From: Candidatus Woesearchaeota archaeon
Lineage (GTDB): Archaea > Nanobdellota > Nanobdellia > SCGC-AAA011-G17 > GW2011-AR20
Reading direction: 5' to 3'
NCBI GenBank assembly: GCA_964419925.1
Contig: CAYQPR010000001.1
Span: 34,865 to 98,864, forward strand
DNA length: 64,000 bases
Shown: one piece after another, positions 1 to 9,498 of the stretch
Numbering within the stretch: the stretch's first letter is position 1
Layout: the number at the start of each line of letters is the position of its first letter
Notes under the pieces: model-generated
Databases searched by the model: none
What the model was told of the DNA's origin: nothing
The model's input: only the letters and a program-made list of their open reading frames with translations
Translations under genes and position numbers: made by a program

Positions 1-2
1 CC

Positions 3-584
3 GTAATTGCTAAAGAATATCCTATAAACCCTCTTGATTTAGAAAGTTTAAAAATAGCCGAGGAACAAATTGGATTTTTTGAAAAAAATAGTTTAGAGGA
101 GATTCTTTTAAAAAAAATAATTCCAACAATAAAACAAGATAGAAAAGATTTAATTTATACCTCAAAGTTATATTTGAAACTTGCAAGAAACTTTTCTAAT
201 GATGTTAATTTAGCAATTGAACTTGCGGAAAGATTACCCTTTAAACTTTTAAGTTACGCATTTCAAGAAGTAGAGTTTATCTCAAAAAATGGTGAAAGAA
301 TCTTAAATCATTTAAAATCAAATGGAATTAATGATTCGAATCACCCTTTATATGGAAAAGAATTAAAAGAACTATCTGAAAATGATAAGATTGATCTTTT
401 AATTTATAATTCAAATAAAAAATTTGAGAAAAATAAAAAATTAAGAGAAGAGTCTCAAATATTATTTAAATCTCAAAAACCAGTTGTATATCTTTGTGAG
501 AATTATCGAAAAGATATTCCAGATACGGTTGGGCACAAAATGGGAAGACCAAATCTTGCCGGATTAGAAAAAGATTTTAACTAA
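3..584 (+). CDS. hypothetical protein (5' partial; frame open to window start)
   Basis: Six-frame ORF 174..584, with the same frame free of stops back to position 3. No recognisable motif. Confidence 0.3.
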   Translation, partial: VIAKEYPINPLDLESLKIAEEQIGFFEKNSLEEILLKKIIPTIKQDRKDLIYTSKLYLKLARNFSNDVNLAIELAERLPFKLLSYAFQEVEFISKNGERILNHLKSNGINDSNHPLYGKELKELSENDKIDLLIYNSNKKFEKNKKLREESQILFKSQKPVVYLCENYRKDIPDTVGHKMGRPNLAGLEKDFN

Positions 585-598
585 ATAAAATTACTTGA

Positions 599-1396
599 CT
601 AGTTTATATTTAATGGATATGCAATTGCAGTAACAAGATATAATGGGTCTGTTGTTCTTTCTTTAACTAAACCTATCTTATTTTCTTTTAGTATATATTT
701 GTGATCATTTATTTTTTTAAGTAATCCATTTATTTTGCTACTTCTAGAAGCAATCCCCACTTTTTTTGATAAAGAATCATCTATGAATCTAGTAACCAAC
801 TCTTTTTCTTTATTTTGTAAAAATTCTTTTCTAAAAACATAAGAAAGAATATTTTTAACAAATGGATTATAATTTCCTTCTTCAATATGTATACTTGTTA
901 TTGTTCTTGAGTTTAATTCATTTATCTCTCTTAATCTTTGTTTAATTAAACTGGTTAATTGATTTTTTTCATCTCCGGATATTTTTTTGTTTGAATATTT
1001 TTTATTTAATTCTGTTTCACAATCTTCTATCAATCTTCTATAAGCTATTCTCATGTTTGACAACTCTTTAACAATTGTTTCAGTACTGTAAGTTTCTATT
1101 TCTTCGAATATTTTATTAATTCCGAATGCATAATGAAAGGATTTTTGTAGAACTCTTTCAAGTTTTTCTTTTGGAGAATCTTCTTTTAGGATCAAGTACC
1201 CTATAACCTCTTTTGAGCATATTTGGCAGAAGTTTGTATCCACAATTAATTTTTCGCAACCATTTATTCTTTCCTTTATATTGTTGATAAAATGATCGAC
1301 ATTTATTTCAAGAATTCCTTTTAAATGAGTTTCTGCTCTAGGAAAATTATTTTCTATTCCGTTAAGTCCAATTTCTTTAATGGTTGTTTGATCCAT
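599..1396 (-). CDS. hypothetical protein
   Basis: 265-aa ORF at the head of a co-directional minus-strand gene run; contains a CxxC pair. No family recognised. Confidence 0.35.
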   Translation of the reverse strand: MDQTTIKEIGLNGIENNFPRAETHLKGILEINVDHFINNIKERINGCEKLIVDTNFCQICSKEVIGYLILKEDSPKEKLERVLQKSFHYAFGINKIFEEIETYSTETIVKELSNMRIAYRRLIEDCETELNKKYSNKKISGDEKNQLTSLIKQRLREINELNSRTITSIHIEEGNYNPFVKNILSYVFRKEFLQNKEKELVTRFIDDSLSKKVGIASRSSKINGLLKKINDHKYILKENKIGLVKERTTDPLYLVTAIAYPLNIN

Positions 1397-1827
1397 CTTT
1401 CTTTTGGAACATAGTTAAGTATTTCATTGTCTTTATATTTTCCTGTTCCGAGGAAGTTATCTTTATGCTTAACTATGACAAAACCATTATAAATCTTGTC
1501 ACAAGGAATGTCCTCTCCAGACATCCAAATCTTTACTTCTTCTTTTGATATCTCATGAATATTCTTTCTTGCATTTTTGCCGAAAATCTGACTTCCTTCA
1601 ATGGTTAATCTTAATTCTTTGTCATCTTTTCCAATGTATAAACCTAATTCGTTTATCCTTAATTTTTCAAGGTTTACTTTGCTTAGATCTTTGGTTATTA
1701 AAAACATTTTTCCATCTTTATTTTGAACCATATCTTCTTCAAGAATTATCTCTTTGATATCAAATTGTTCTTTTATTTTATTTAAAATGTTTTCTTTCTC
1801 TTTTTTATTTAAGAATTTATATTCCAT
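1354..1827 (-). CDS. Nip7-like PUA-domain protein (putative ribosome biogenesis factor)
   Basis: The C-terminal half (LGTGKYKDNEILNYVPKERW, GFVIVKHKDNFLG) resembles the PUA domain of archaeal Nip7/UPF0113. The size of 157 aa fits. Confidence 0.5.
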   Translation of the reverse strand: MEYKFLNKKEKENILNKIKEQFDIKEIILEEDMVQNKDGKMFLITKDLSKVNLEKLRINELGLYIGKDDKELRLTIEGSQIFGKNARKNIHEISKEEVKIWMSGEDIPCDKIYNGFVIVKHKDNFLGTGKYKDNEILNYVPKERWIKQPLKKLDLTE

Positions 1828-1828
1828 C

Positions 1829-2179
1829 TCAATTTAGATTAATTGTTTTTAACCTTAAGTTATCTTTTTCTGCAATAATTTTAAGAATTTTTTCATTACT
1901 AATCAGCCTAATGATATTTTCAGGATCATTAGAAGTAATAATTCCATTAATTTTTATTACTCTTTTCTCAAGCTCATTTTTCACTTCATTAAAATATCTT
2001 CCATCAAACATGATATGTGGATTTTCTAAAGAATCATAAACGATATGCATAAAATAATCATCTCTCTTTTGGAAACCATCACTCGCTAATTCTTCTTTGA
2101 TTAATTCATTAAGTTTTATATCTAAATAACCCTCAAGGTGACAATTTTTTGAAAGTAATACTAATGCATAGCTACTCAT
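1829..2179 (-). CDS. hypothetical protein
   Basis: 116-aa ORF separated by 1 nt from the upstream gene, suggesting operon context. Confidence 0.3.
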   Translation of the reverse strand: MSSYALVLLSKNCHLEGYLDIKLNELIKEELASDGFQKRDDYFMHIVYDSLENPHIMFDGRYFNEVKNELEKRVIKINGIITSNDPENIIRLISNEKILKIIAEKDNLRLKTINLN

Positions 2180-2370
2180 TTTCGTTCAACAATAATCTCT
2201 TCTAATGGATTATAATTTAAATTAATTTTTTCTAAATCTTTTTTATTATACTCTTTATTTTTGCTATAACTTTGACAGCCATCGCTTTCGGATAACGCTA
2301 ATAATCCAGTTAAACCTGCAACTATAAAAAAATAATTTAATCCTCTTCCTCTAATTGAATCATATTTCAT
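2176..2370 (-). CDS. small hypothetical membrane/secreted protein
   Basis: 64 aa with a hydrophobic stretch (FFIVAGLTGLLAL). Overlaps its neighbour by 4 nt. Confidence 0.25.
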   Translation of the reverse strand: MKYDSIRGRGLNYFFIVAGLTGLLALSESDGCQSYSKNKEYNKKDLEKINLNYNPLEEIIVERK

Positions 2371-2371
2371 C

Positions 2372-2566
2372 TTAAGCTACCTTCTCATCTAAACTTTTTT
2401 TAGATTTTACTTCTTTTTCTATATCTACACCTAACTCTTTTAAGGCTTTCATATGTGCTTGAATCAAAGTGTTTACAATTGTTAAAATTCTTTCAAATTC
2501 TTGTTTTTCTTTAATTAATGTTGTTAAACTTCCTTTATGAAATCCTACTTGTTCTGAATTTGTCAT
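2372..2566 (-). CDS. small hypothetical protein
   Basis: 64-aa ORF packed between neighbours with 1-nt spacing. Confidence 0.25.
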   Translation of the reverse strand: MTNSEQVGFHKGSLTTLIKEKQEFERILTIVNTLIQAHMKALKELGVDIEKEVKSKKSLDEKVA

Positions 2567-2968
2567 TTAATTTTCCTCCATTGACTCCCTTAATCGTTCT
2601 ATTTCTATCCCTTCTTTAAATATCCTTTTTGTTTGTTCATATGCTATATTAATTAAGGTTTTATATTCTCTTTGATCTTTATGATTATGAATCTCATTAA
2701 ACAAATCAACTAATTTATCTAAACTTTTAATTCGACTATTTACTTCTTTAGAAATGTCATTTGGTTTGAATTGAGGATATTTTTCAAAATATTTTTTCAC
2801 TGGCGAAACTATAAACTTTTTTATTTCTCTTTCTGGATTTTTTCTATCCGTGTCTAACATTATTCCTATAGCACAAAAGGTATTAATATAATCTTGGTAA
2901 AACTCATGATCTCCTTCTTTTAGGATTCCATTTAAATAATATGATTCTTCTACCATTTTAATTACCAC
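2567..2968 (-). CDS. hypothetical protein
   Basis: 133-aa ORF in the same minus-strand run. Confidence 0.3.
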   Translation of the reverse strand: MVIKMVEESYYLNGILKEGDHEFYQDYINTFCAIGIMLDTDRKNPEREIKKFIVSPVKKYFEKYPQFKPNDISKEVNSRIKSLDKLVDLFNEIHNHKDQREYKTLINIAYEQTKRIFKEGIEIERLRESMEEN

Positions 2969-3020
2969 TAGAAAGTCACAAATATTGTTTATAAACCTTT
3001 CTATTTATTAAAAAATTATT

Positions 3021-3368
3021 TTATTGGGTATCTTCTTGAGACTTATCTATCGAAATACTATTTTTTGTTATAAAATATAAATTATTTGTTAAACCAATTA
3101 TTTTAGAATTAGATAATTCGCATGTTTTTTTTAATTCATTTAAAACCTCTTTAAGATCTTCTCTGTTGCCTACGAACCTATGCATTTTAACCAATGCAAT
3201 TGATTTCTCTTTTATTATGTGTTCTGTTATTGAACTCATCTCACTTTTTTTAACAATATCAAATATTTTTAAAATATAATCTGGCTTTATCTCTTGAGCT
3301 TCTTCTGATTTTATTTCCCTTTCTTCAGAAATCTCATTCTCAAAAAATAAATCTTTAAACCATGACAT
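3021..3368 (-). CDS. hypothetical protein
   Basis: 115-aa ORF, acidic N-terminus. Confidence 0.3.
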   Translation of the reverse strand: MSWFKDLFFENEISEEREIKSEEAQEIKPDYILKIFDIVKKSEMSSITEHIIKEKSIALVKMHRFVGNREDLKEVLNELKKTCELSNSKIIGLTNNLYFITKNSISIDKSQEDTQ

Positions 3369-3369
3369 T

Positions 3370-3720
3370 TTAAAGCTTCCTTGATTTTATTGTATTTGTC
3401 ATATTATCTATTCTAATCATTGTTGTTTGAGGAATTTGATAATTTTTTTCTTTTGCTTTTTCAACTTCTTTTAAGAAACTTTGCTCTGCATTTTTTAAAT
3501 CATAATACAAATTGAAATAACTATTACTTCCAGTTTTCATCTTTTTTCTTATTTCTTCAATTTTTTGCATAGAGTTCTCAATGCTTCTTTGAGGTAAGTT
3601 AACAATCTTAACTTCTTCAACTTTTTTAACTTCTTTTCTTTGATAAATTTCAGGAGTAGGTCTATTTTCTTGAGATTTTAACCTTTTTAATACGTCAACT
3701 GTTCTTTCCCTTTCATACAT
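3370..3720 (-). CDS. hypothetical protein
   Basis: 116-aa ORF, 1-nt spacing to the downstream gene. Confidence 0.3.
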   Translation of the reverse strand: MYERERTVDVLKRLKSQENRPTPEIYQRKEVKKVEEVKIVNLPQRSIENSMQKIEEIRKKMKTGSNSYFNLYYDLKNAEQSFLKEVEKAKEKNYQIPQTTMIRIDNMTNTIKSRKL

Positions 3721-3732
3721 ATTATACCTCTT

Positions 3733-4473
3733 TTATGCGTAAAATCTACCAATTTGTTCTGATGAGAAATTCTCTTTTATGAATTGAACCATCATTTTAT
3801 TATCTGCCAACTCATAAATTCTCAATGCACTACCCATTAGCCCTGCTTTAAGTAATACATCTCCCAAGTTAGACAACTTATCTTTGTTTTGACCCAATTC
3901 ATATGCTCTTGCTGCATATCCATATCTATTTTCATTCAAACATTTATCACCTAATCTAATTAGTTTATCACGATTATTAAGTATTGCAAAAACTTCTATT
4001 GCTACATCAACTTTTTCCTTTTCTAAACAAACTTCTCCTAGTTTGATTAATCTAGGTTCATCTTTTAATATTGCAAATGCTCTTAAAGAATCTGAAAGAT
4101 GACCTTCAACGAGGCATTTTTCTCCACATGAAATTAATTTTGTTTTATCTTCTGAAAAGTTATATGCTAAATTATAAATTTCTATTGCTTCGTTAAACTG
4201 ACCACGAGATGCAAATTCATTTCCTATCTCATTTATTTTTAATATATTTTTTGTTAGAACATAAGCCTTTACTGCTTGAGTAAAATCCCCCCTCTTGAAA
4301 AATTCATCACCGGCGGCGTTTAATAATCCTTTTCTAGTGTTATCATCAAACATATCTAAATTAACATTATCGATTCCTTTTTTTACAATACTAGGAACGA
4401 TTTTAGCGTATGAACCTGTTTGTTCATTTTCTTCAACCAATTTTTTTATATTCTTTGTTACATTATCTACCAT
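3733..4473 (-). CDS. TPR/Sel1-like repeat protein
   Basis: Repeating ~34-aa units with A/Y/L/G periodicity (AIEIYNLAYNF, AARAYELGQNKDKL, KLIRLGDKCL). A TATA-rich promoter region lies upstream at 4480-4560. Confidence 0.45.
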   Translation of the reverse strand: MVDNVTKNIKKLVEENEQTGSYAKIVPSIVKKGIDNVNLDMFDDNTRKGLLNAAGDEFFKRGDFTQAVKAYVLTKNILKINEIGNEFASRGQFNEAIEIYNLAYNFSEDKTKLISCGEKCLVEGHLSDSLRAFAILKDEPRLIKLGEVCLEKEKVDVAIEVFAILNNRDKLIRLGDKCLNENRYGYAARAYELGQNKDKLSNLGDVLLKAGLMGSALRIYELADNKMMVQFIKENFSSEQIGRFYA

Positions 4474-4596
4474 AGAATTACGAAAACGAAGGTTATATAT
4501 AAAGATTTTGTTTTATTTAAATATATTTTTTAAAAAATAGATAAATTTATATATCACTAGTTAAGTTTTCTTGAAAAATCTTTTAAGGAGGCAAAA

Positions 4597-4695
4597 ATGC
4601 TTAACGAAAAATTATTTGCTAAATGGGATGAAGCGGACGAAGAAGAGGACGAAAAAAAAGACGATTTTGAAGACGAAGAAGACGAAGAGTGGTAA
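4597..4695 (+). CDS. small highly acidic peptide (32 aa, MLNEKLFAKWDEADEEEDEKKDDFEDEEDEEW)
   Basis: ATG preceded 7 nt upstream by a strong Shine-Dalgarno (AAGGAGG at 4585-4591), clean stop, sits in an intergenic gap. Absent from the ORF track only because it is under 60 aa. Confidence 0.3.
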   Translation: MLNEKLFAKWDEADEEEDEKKDDFEDEEDEEW

Positions 4696-4775
4696 TTTTT
4701 CTTAATTTCTTTTTTTAATTAAGTCTACTCTTAAAAAGGAAAAGGTATTTATATTTATTTGTTTATTAAATAAGT

Positions 4776-5144
4776 ATGGTAACGGTAAATGTTTTGGTAT
4801 TATGTAAGTCATGCAAAGCTAAAGTTCCCGTCGGTGATTTGAAACAGGGAAAGGATGGAAAGTATATTTGTAGTACTTGTTATGAGCATGGTTATGTTTC
4901 TAATGTCATGCAGAATGTTTCTCCAGATAAATTAAAAAAGTTACAGGAGAAACCTCAACAACAAGTTAGTAACATTCAAGATGATAGGGTTTCTTATTTT
5001 TGCAATAATTGTAAGTTTAGTTTTACAAGACCATCCACGTCAGGTTATAGAGGATGTCCTTATTGTAATAAAGAGCATACGGTTCAGAAAAGAGAAAGTG
5101 CTCAAGATTTATTAAAAAATGTTGATGATTTTTTTAATGTTTAA
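4776..5144 (+). CDS. double zinc-ribbon protein
   Basis: Four CxxC pairs arranged as two ribbons (CKSCKA..CSTC and CNNCKF..CPYC). Confidence 0.45.
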   Translation: MVTVNVLVLCKSCKAKVPVGDLKQGKDGKYICSTCYEHGYVSNVMQNVSPDKLKKLQEKPQQQVSNIQDDRVSYFCNNCKFSFTRPSTSGYRGCPYCNKEHTVQKRESAQDLLKNVDDFFNV

Positions 5145-5385
5145 AATGACACTTGAAAATATTTTTTTAAATCCTGTATTTTTGTTTTTGATATTTTGGA
5201 GTTTAGTTTGGAAATATATCGCTTTATGGAAATGTGGAAGAAATAATCAATTAGGTTGGTTTATTGTTTTATGTGTTATTAATACTGCCGGAATTTTAGA
5301 AATTGTCTATTTATTATTTTTTAGAAAAAATATGAATAAGAAAATTGGACCTTTTAAAAAAAGTTCTATAAAAAAGAAAAAGTGA
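5119..5385 (+). CDS. small hypothetical membrane protein
   Basis: Two predicted TM stretches and a Lys-rich C-terminus. Overlaps the end of the upstream gene. Confidence 0.25.
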   Translation: MLMIFLMFKMTLENIFLNPVFLFLIFWSLVWKYIALWKCGRNNQLGWFIVLCVINTAGILEIVYLLFFRKNMNKKIGPFKKSSIKKKK

Positions 5386-5417
5386 ATCTTTAAATAATCA
5401 TTAATTAGTTTATTTTC

Positions 5418-7064
5418 ATGAAAGATTTAATTCTTAAGTATGCTTTGAAGAATGCTTCTGAATATAACGGAAGAGCAAATTTTGGTTCTGTTTTAGGAAA
5501 AGTTTTATCTGAAAATCCCAAATTAAAAGAAAATATTAAAGAATTATCTAAAGAAATTAATGAAATTATTAAAAAAGTTAATTCCATGAAATTTGATGAA
5601 ATAAATAAAAATTTAAATAAATATTCTTTTGAAGAGAAAAAAGAAGAAGTAAAGGGACTTCAGGAACTTTCAAACGTTAGTAATAAAATGGTTTTTAGAC
5701 TTGCACCATATCCTTCTGGAGCTTTACACATTGGAAATGCTAAAACATATTTGTTAAACGCATTGTACGCTGAAAAGTATAAAGGAAAAATACTTCTTAT
5801 AATTGATGATACGATTGGAAGTGAGAAGAAACAGATTGTTGGAGAAGCATATAAATTAATTCCTGATGCATTCGAATGGCTTAATGTTAAATACCAGAAA
5901 CCAATAATATACAAATCTAATCGATTAAAAATTTACTACAAATATGCTGAAGAATTAATAAAAAAAGGTTTTGCGTATGTTTGTTATTGTAATTCTGAAT
6001 TGTTAAGAGAAAATAGAGCAAATGGAGTTGAATGTGAGCACAGAAATAAGAGTTCTGGGGAAGTTTTAAAAGAATGGAAGAATATGTTTAAATTAAAAGA
6101 AGGGGAAGCTTCTTTGAGAATAAAAACTTCAATGCAAGATAAGAATCCTGCTTTTCGTGATAGGGTATTATTTAGAATTTCTGAGAGAAAACATCCAAGG
6201 GTTGGAAATAAATATAAGATTTGGCCGATGTTAGAATTTTCTTGGGCAATTGATGATCATCTGCTTGGAATTACACATGTTATTAGAGGAAAGGATTTAA
6301 TGATGGAAAGTGAAATGGAGAGATTTATTTGGGATATTTTTTATTGGGATAAACCTGAATTAATACACGCCGGGTTAGTTAGAATCGATGGGATAGAAGG
6401 TGTTAAATTATCAAAATCAAAAGCCCAGGATGATGTTAAATCTGGAAAATTTTCTGGATGGGACGATCCGAGAACATTTAGTGTTCAATCTTTGAGAAGA
6501 CGCGGAATTTTACCAGAGTCTGTAAAGAAGTTTATAAAAGAAATTGGTCTAAATGAGAATGATATTCGGGTTCCGATAGAAAACTTATATTCAATAAATA
6601 GAAAATTAATTGATGATAAAACAAAAAGATATTTTGCTGTTTTTAATCCTAAAAAAATTAAAATAAAAAATGCACCTAAATTAAAGATTAAAGCACCTTT
6701 ACACCCAAAATTAAAAAAAGGTTTTAGAAGCTTAGATACTTTTGATGAATTTTATATTCAAGATGATTTAGAAAAAAATGTTAACTATCGATTTATGCAT
6801 TTATTTAATTTTAAAAATAATGAATTTGTTTCTCAAGAGCATGATAAAGAATTAAATGCTAAGATGTTACATTGGCTTCCAGTTTCTAAAGATTTAGTTA
6901 AAATAAAAATTTTAATGGAGAATGGAGAATATTTAGAAGGTTATGGTGAAAAAGATTTGACTAAAGTTAAGTTGAATGAGGTTGTTCAATTTGAGAGAAA
7001 CTTTTTTGCTAAGCTAGATGAGAAAAAAAATAATGAATTAACCTTTTGGTTTACGCATAAATAA
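5418..7064 (+). CDS. gltX: glutamyl-tRNA synthetase, archaeal type
   Basis: Class I aaRS HIGH motif (PSGALHIGNAKT) and KMSKS motif (VKLSKSK). 548 aa is typical for archaeal GluRS. Confidence 0.9.
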   Translation: MKDLILKYALKNASEYNGRANFGSVLGKVLSENPKLKENIKELSKEINEIIKKVNSMKFDEINKNLNKYSFEEKKEEVKGLQELSNVSNKMVFRLAPYPSGALHIGNAKTYLLNALYAEKYKGKILLIIDDTIGSEKKQIVGEAYKLIPDAFEWLNVKYQKPIIYKSNRLKIYYKYAEELIKKGFAYVCYCNSELLRENRANGVECEHRNKSSGEVLKEWKNMFKLKEGEASLRIKTSMQDKNPAFRDRVLFRISERKHPRVGNKYKIWPMLEFSWAIDDHLLGITHVIRGKDLMMESEMERFIWDIFYWDKPELIHAGLVRIDGIEGVKLSKSKAQDDVKSGKFSGWDDPRTFSVQSLRRRGILPESVKKFIKEIGLNENDIRVPIENLYSINRKLIDDKTKRYFAVFNPKKIKIKNAPKLKIKAPLHPKLKKGFRSLDTFDEFYIQDDLEKNVNYRFMHLFNFKNNEFVSQEHDKELNAKMLHWLPVSKDLVKIKILMENGEYLEGYGEKDLTKVKLNEVVQFERNFFAKLDEKKNNELTFWFTHK

Positions 7065-7098
7065 TTCTCTTACTTCAAAGTAAAAACTTTCCAAAAAC

Positions 7099-7112
7099 TT
7101 TATAAATAGTAT
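7099..7112 (+). promoter_or_regulatory. candidate archaeal TATA box/BRE upstream of rpl7ae
   Basis: tttataaatagt lies ~30 bp upstream of the rpl7ae ATG at 7141, consistent with a leaderless or short-leader archaeal promoter. Confidence 0.25.
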
Positions 7113-7140
7113 ATTTACCAATTAAATTGAAGGAAATAAA

Positions 7141-7485
7141 ATGGCAGAGGTAAACAAAGAAATGCAAGAGAAAGCCTATGAAGCTGTTGAAGTAGCTAGG
7201 AAGACAGGCAAATTAAAAAAAGGTGTGAACGAAGTTACTAAGGTTGTTGAGAGAGGTCAAGCTAAATTAGTTGTTATTGCTAAAGATGTTAGTCCTCCTG
7301 AAATAATCATGCATCTACCTGTTTTGTGCGAAGAAAAAGAAATTCCTTACGTTTATGTTTCTAGCAGACAGGAACTAGGAAGTTCTGCAGGGTTAAATGT
7401 TTCTACTGTTGCTATTGCAATTATTAATGAGGGAGATGGAACACATTTGGTTAGAGAGCTAAAAGAAGCCTCTAAACAGAAATAA
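7141..7485 (+). CDS. rpl7ae: ribosomal protein L7Ae (kink-turn binding)
   Basis: Near-canonical L7Ae sequence ([39 protein letters not shown]). Confidence 0.9.
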   Translation: MAEVNKEMQEKAYEAVEVARKTGKLKKGVNEVTKVVERGQAKLVVIAKDVSPPEIIMHLPVLCEEKEIPYVYVSSRQELGSSAGLNVSTVAIAIINEGDGTHLVRELKEASKQK

Positions 7486-7493
7486 TTCTGAAT

Positions 7494-7805
7494 ATGGGAA
7501 ATCCAAAAGGTAATAATCAGAAGGTTAAGGATACAAAGAATGAGTCTCCTGCGCCTAAAGTTGTTTTGAGTCAATCATCTTCTGGAAATCTTTTTTCATT
7601 GGCTTGGCCATCAACAGTTGAAGAAATTGTTGGACGAACTGGAACAAGAGGAGAGGTTACTCAAGTAAGGTGTAAGGTTTTGGGTGGAAGAGATCAAGGA
7701 AAAATAATAAGAAGGAATGTTAAAGGTCCCATCAGAATTGGAGATACATTAATGTTAAGAGAAACTGAGATTGAAGCAAGAAAATTAATGAGGGGAAGAA
7801 AGTAA
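7494..7805 (+). CDS. rps28e: ribosomal protein S28e (with an N-terminal extension of roughly 30-35 aa, not measured against a reference)
   Basis: Conserved core [45 protein letters not shown]. Confidence 0.85.
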   Translation: MGNPKGNNQKVKDTKNESPAPKVVLSQSSSGNLFSLAWPSTVEEIVGRTGTRGEVTQVRCKVLGGRDQGKIIRRNVKGPIRIGDTLMLRETEIEARKLMRGRK

Positions 7806-7806
7806 A

Positions 7807-8004
7807 ATGGTTAATTGTACTTTTTGTGGATATAATATTGAAAAAGGTACTGGAAAAATTTTTGTTAACGTTAGTGGAAAGATAATCTATTTTTGTTCTA
7901 GAAAATGTGAAAAAAATATGTTAAAATTAAAGAGAACTGCTTCAAAATTAAAGTGGACAAAATTCTACGAAAAAGGTAGATTAAAAAAATCAGTTAAAGA
8001 ATAA
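7807..8004 (+). CDS. rpl24e: ribosomal protein L24e
   Basis: CTFCGYNIEKGTGKIFV...YFCSRKC zinc-binding L24e signature. Confidence 0.85.
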   Translation: MVNCTFCGYNIEKGTGKIFVNVSGKIIYFCSRKCEKNMLKLKRTASKLKWTKFYEKGRLKKSVKE

Positions 8005-8006
8005 AA

Positions 8007-8237
8007 TTATTTTTTTAAAATTAAAGTCGAGGTTATACCAACTTCTTTTAATCTTTTTATATTTTTTTGCATAATATTCTCTAGGGAATTGTTATCTTTC
8101 GAAACAATTTCAGCCACTAAATCGTATTCTCCCTGCACTCTCTCAATATTTCTAATGTTTTTTATTTTTGACAACTTATATATCACTTCCTCGATTTTTC
8201 CCGATTTTGCAGCCACTAAAATGTATGCTTGCTCCAT
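8007..8237 (-). CDS. AsnC/Lrp C-terminal (RAM)-domain-like small regulatory protein
   Basis: 76 aa resembling the effector-binding domain of Lrp/AsnC (ILVAAKSGKIEEVIYKLSKIKNIRNIERVQGEYDLVAEI). Confidence 0.35.
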   Translation of the reverse strand: MEQAYILVAAKSGKIEEVIYKLSKIKNIRNIERVQGEYDLVAEIVSKDNNSLENIMQKNIKRLKEVGITSTLILKK

Positions 8238-8265
8238 TATAAAATTTTTTTAAATTGAACATTAT

Positions 8266-8403
8266 TTATCCCTCATCATATCCCTGCATCCATGCGCCTT
8301 GCCAATCCTCAAGTTCATCATCATCAACTTGTTTGTCTCTTGCTTCTTCACTGTATACATCTCCATCATCCATCTTTTCAATTTCTTCCCATTGATCTGT
8401 CAT
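8266..8403 (-). CDS. small acidic protein (45 aa)
   Basis: Minus-strand ORF MTDQWEEIEKMDDGDVYSEEARDKQVDDDELEDWQGAWMQGYDEG with higher GC than its surroundings. Not in the ORF track because it is under 60 aa. Confidence 0.25.
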   Translation of the reverse strand: MTDQWEEIEKMDDGDVYSEEARDKQVDDDELEDWQGAWMQGYDEG

Positions 8404-8497
8404 TTTTATCACCCCATTTTTTTCGAAATAGTTAGATATATATACTTAAGCAATATACTATATATTTAGTATATACCCAATATGTTGTATTGAAAAA

Positions 8498-9448
8498 ATG
8501 GACTATCGTAAACTAATAAAATTTGGTAATTCATCTCATGTAATCTCGATTCCGAATACTTGGATAAGAAAAAATAAATTAAAAAAAGGTGATTTATTAT
8601 ATTTTACAGAATCTAAAGATGGTGGAATTTATCTTAATCCAAAAGAAATTATTTATGAAAGCAAGGATAAGGAAATTAAAATAGATGTTTATGGGAAAGA
8701 AATTGGATTAATAAGCAAAGAAATTTTAGCAGCATATATTAATAATTATAAAATGATTTATTTATTTGGAAAAGATCTTTTTAAGAAAAATGATGAAATA
8801 AAAAAAAATCTATCTAATCTTATGGGGATGGAAATTATGGAAGAAACTTCTGATCATCTTGTTGTGAAAGATTTTTTAGATATAAATACCATTTCAATCG
8901 AAGATATTATTAAAAAAATAGATATTATTACAAGATCTTTAATTGCAGATTCTAAACTAAGTGTTAATATAAATAATTATGAGAATATTTATCAAAGAGA
9001 TCAGCAAGTTAACAAATTAAGTTTTTTATTATTTAAGGTAATTAAGTTTATGATGAATAATCCAAATTTATTCAAAGATTATAATCAGTTAAATTTATTG
9101 GGATATTGGCAATTAACTAATGCTTTAGAAAATGTTTCTGACGAGGCTAAAAGAATTTCAAGATTTATTACAAAATCAAAACCAAATAAAGAGATGTCAA
9201 AAGAATTAATTCAAATTTATTCAAAAATAGAAAACTATTATATTAATGTTATAAACTGTTTTTATAAAAAAGATAAAAACTTAGCTTTTAAATTATCTTT
9301 AGATAGGGCTCAATATAATGTTGATTATGATAATTATTTAGAAAAATATGGAAATCATAAATGGATCCCAAATTTGGTAGAAAGATCAAAAATTATGTTA
9401 AATGAGATTTATAAGATATTAAAAGTTATTTATGAGACTTATGAATGA
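8498..9448 (+). CDS. AbrB/SpoVT-domain plus PhoU-domain protein (phosphate-uptake-regulator-like)
   Basis: The N-terminal swapped-hairpin motif (LIKFGNSSHVISIPNTWIRKNKLKKGDLLYF) is followed by two helical PhoU-like repeats. This architecture is common in archaea. Confidence 0.55.
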   Translation: MDYRKLIKFGNSSHVISIPNTWIRKNKLKKGDLLYFTESKDGGIYLNPKEIIYESKDKEIKIDVYGKEIGLISKEILAAYINNYKMIYLFGKDLFKKNDEIKKNLSNLMGMEIMEETSDHLVVKDFLDINTISIEDIIKKIDIITRSLIADSKLSVNINNYENIYQRDQQVNKLSFLLFKVIKFMMNNPNLFKDYNQLNLLGYWQLTNALENVSDEAKRISRFITKSKPNKEMSKELIQIYSKIENYYINVINCFYKKDKNLAFKLSLDRAQYNVDYDNYLEKYGNHKWIPNLVERSKIMLNEIYKILKVIYETYE

Positions 9449-9498
9449 AGTTCCAAAATCTTTATAAATTAGATTTTTTTACTACTTGCTGAGGAAAA

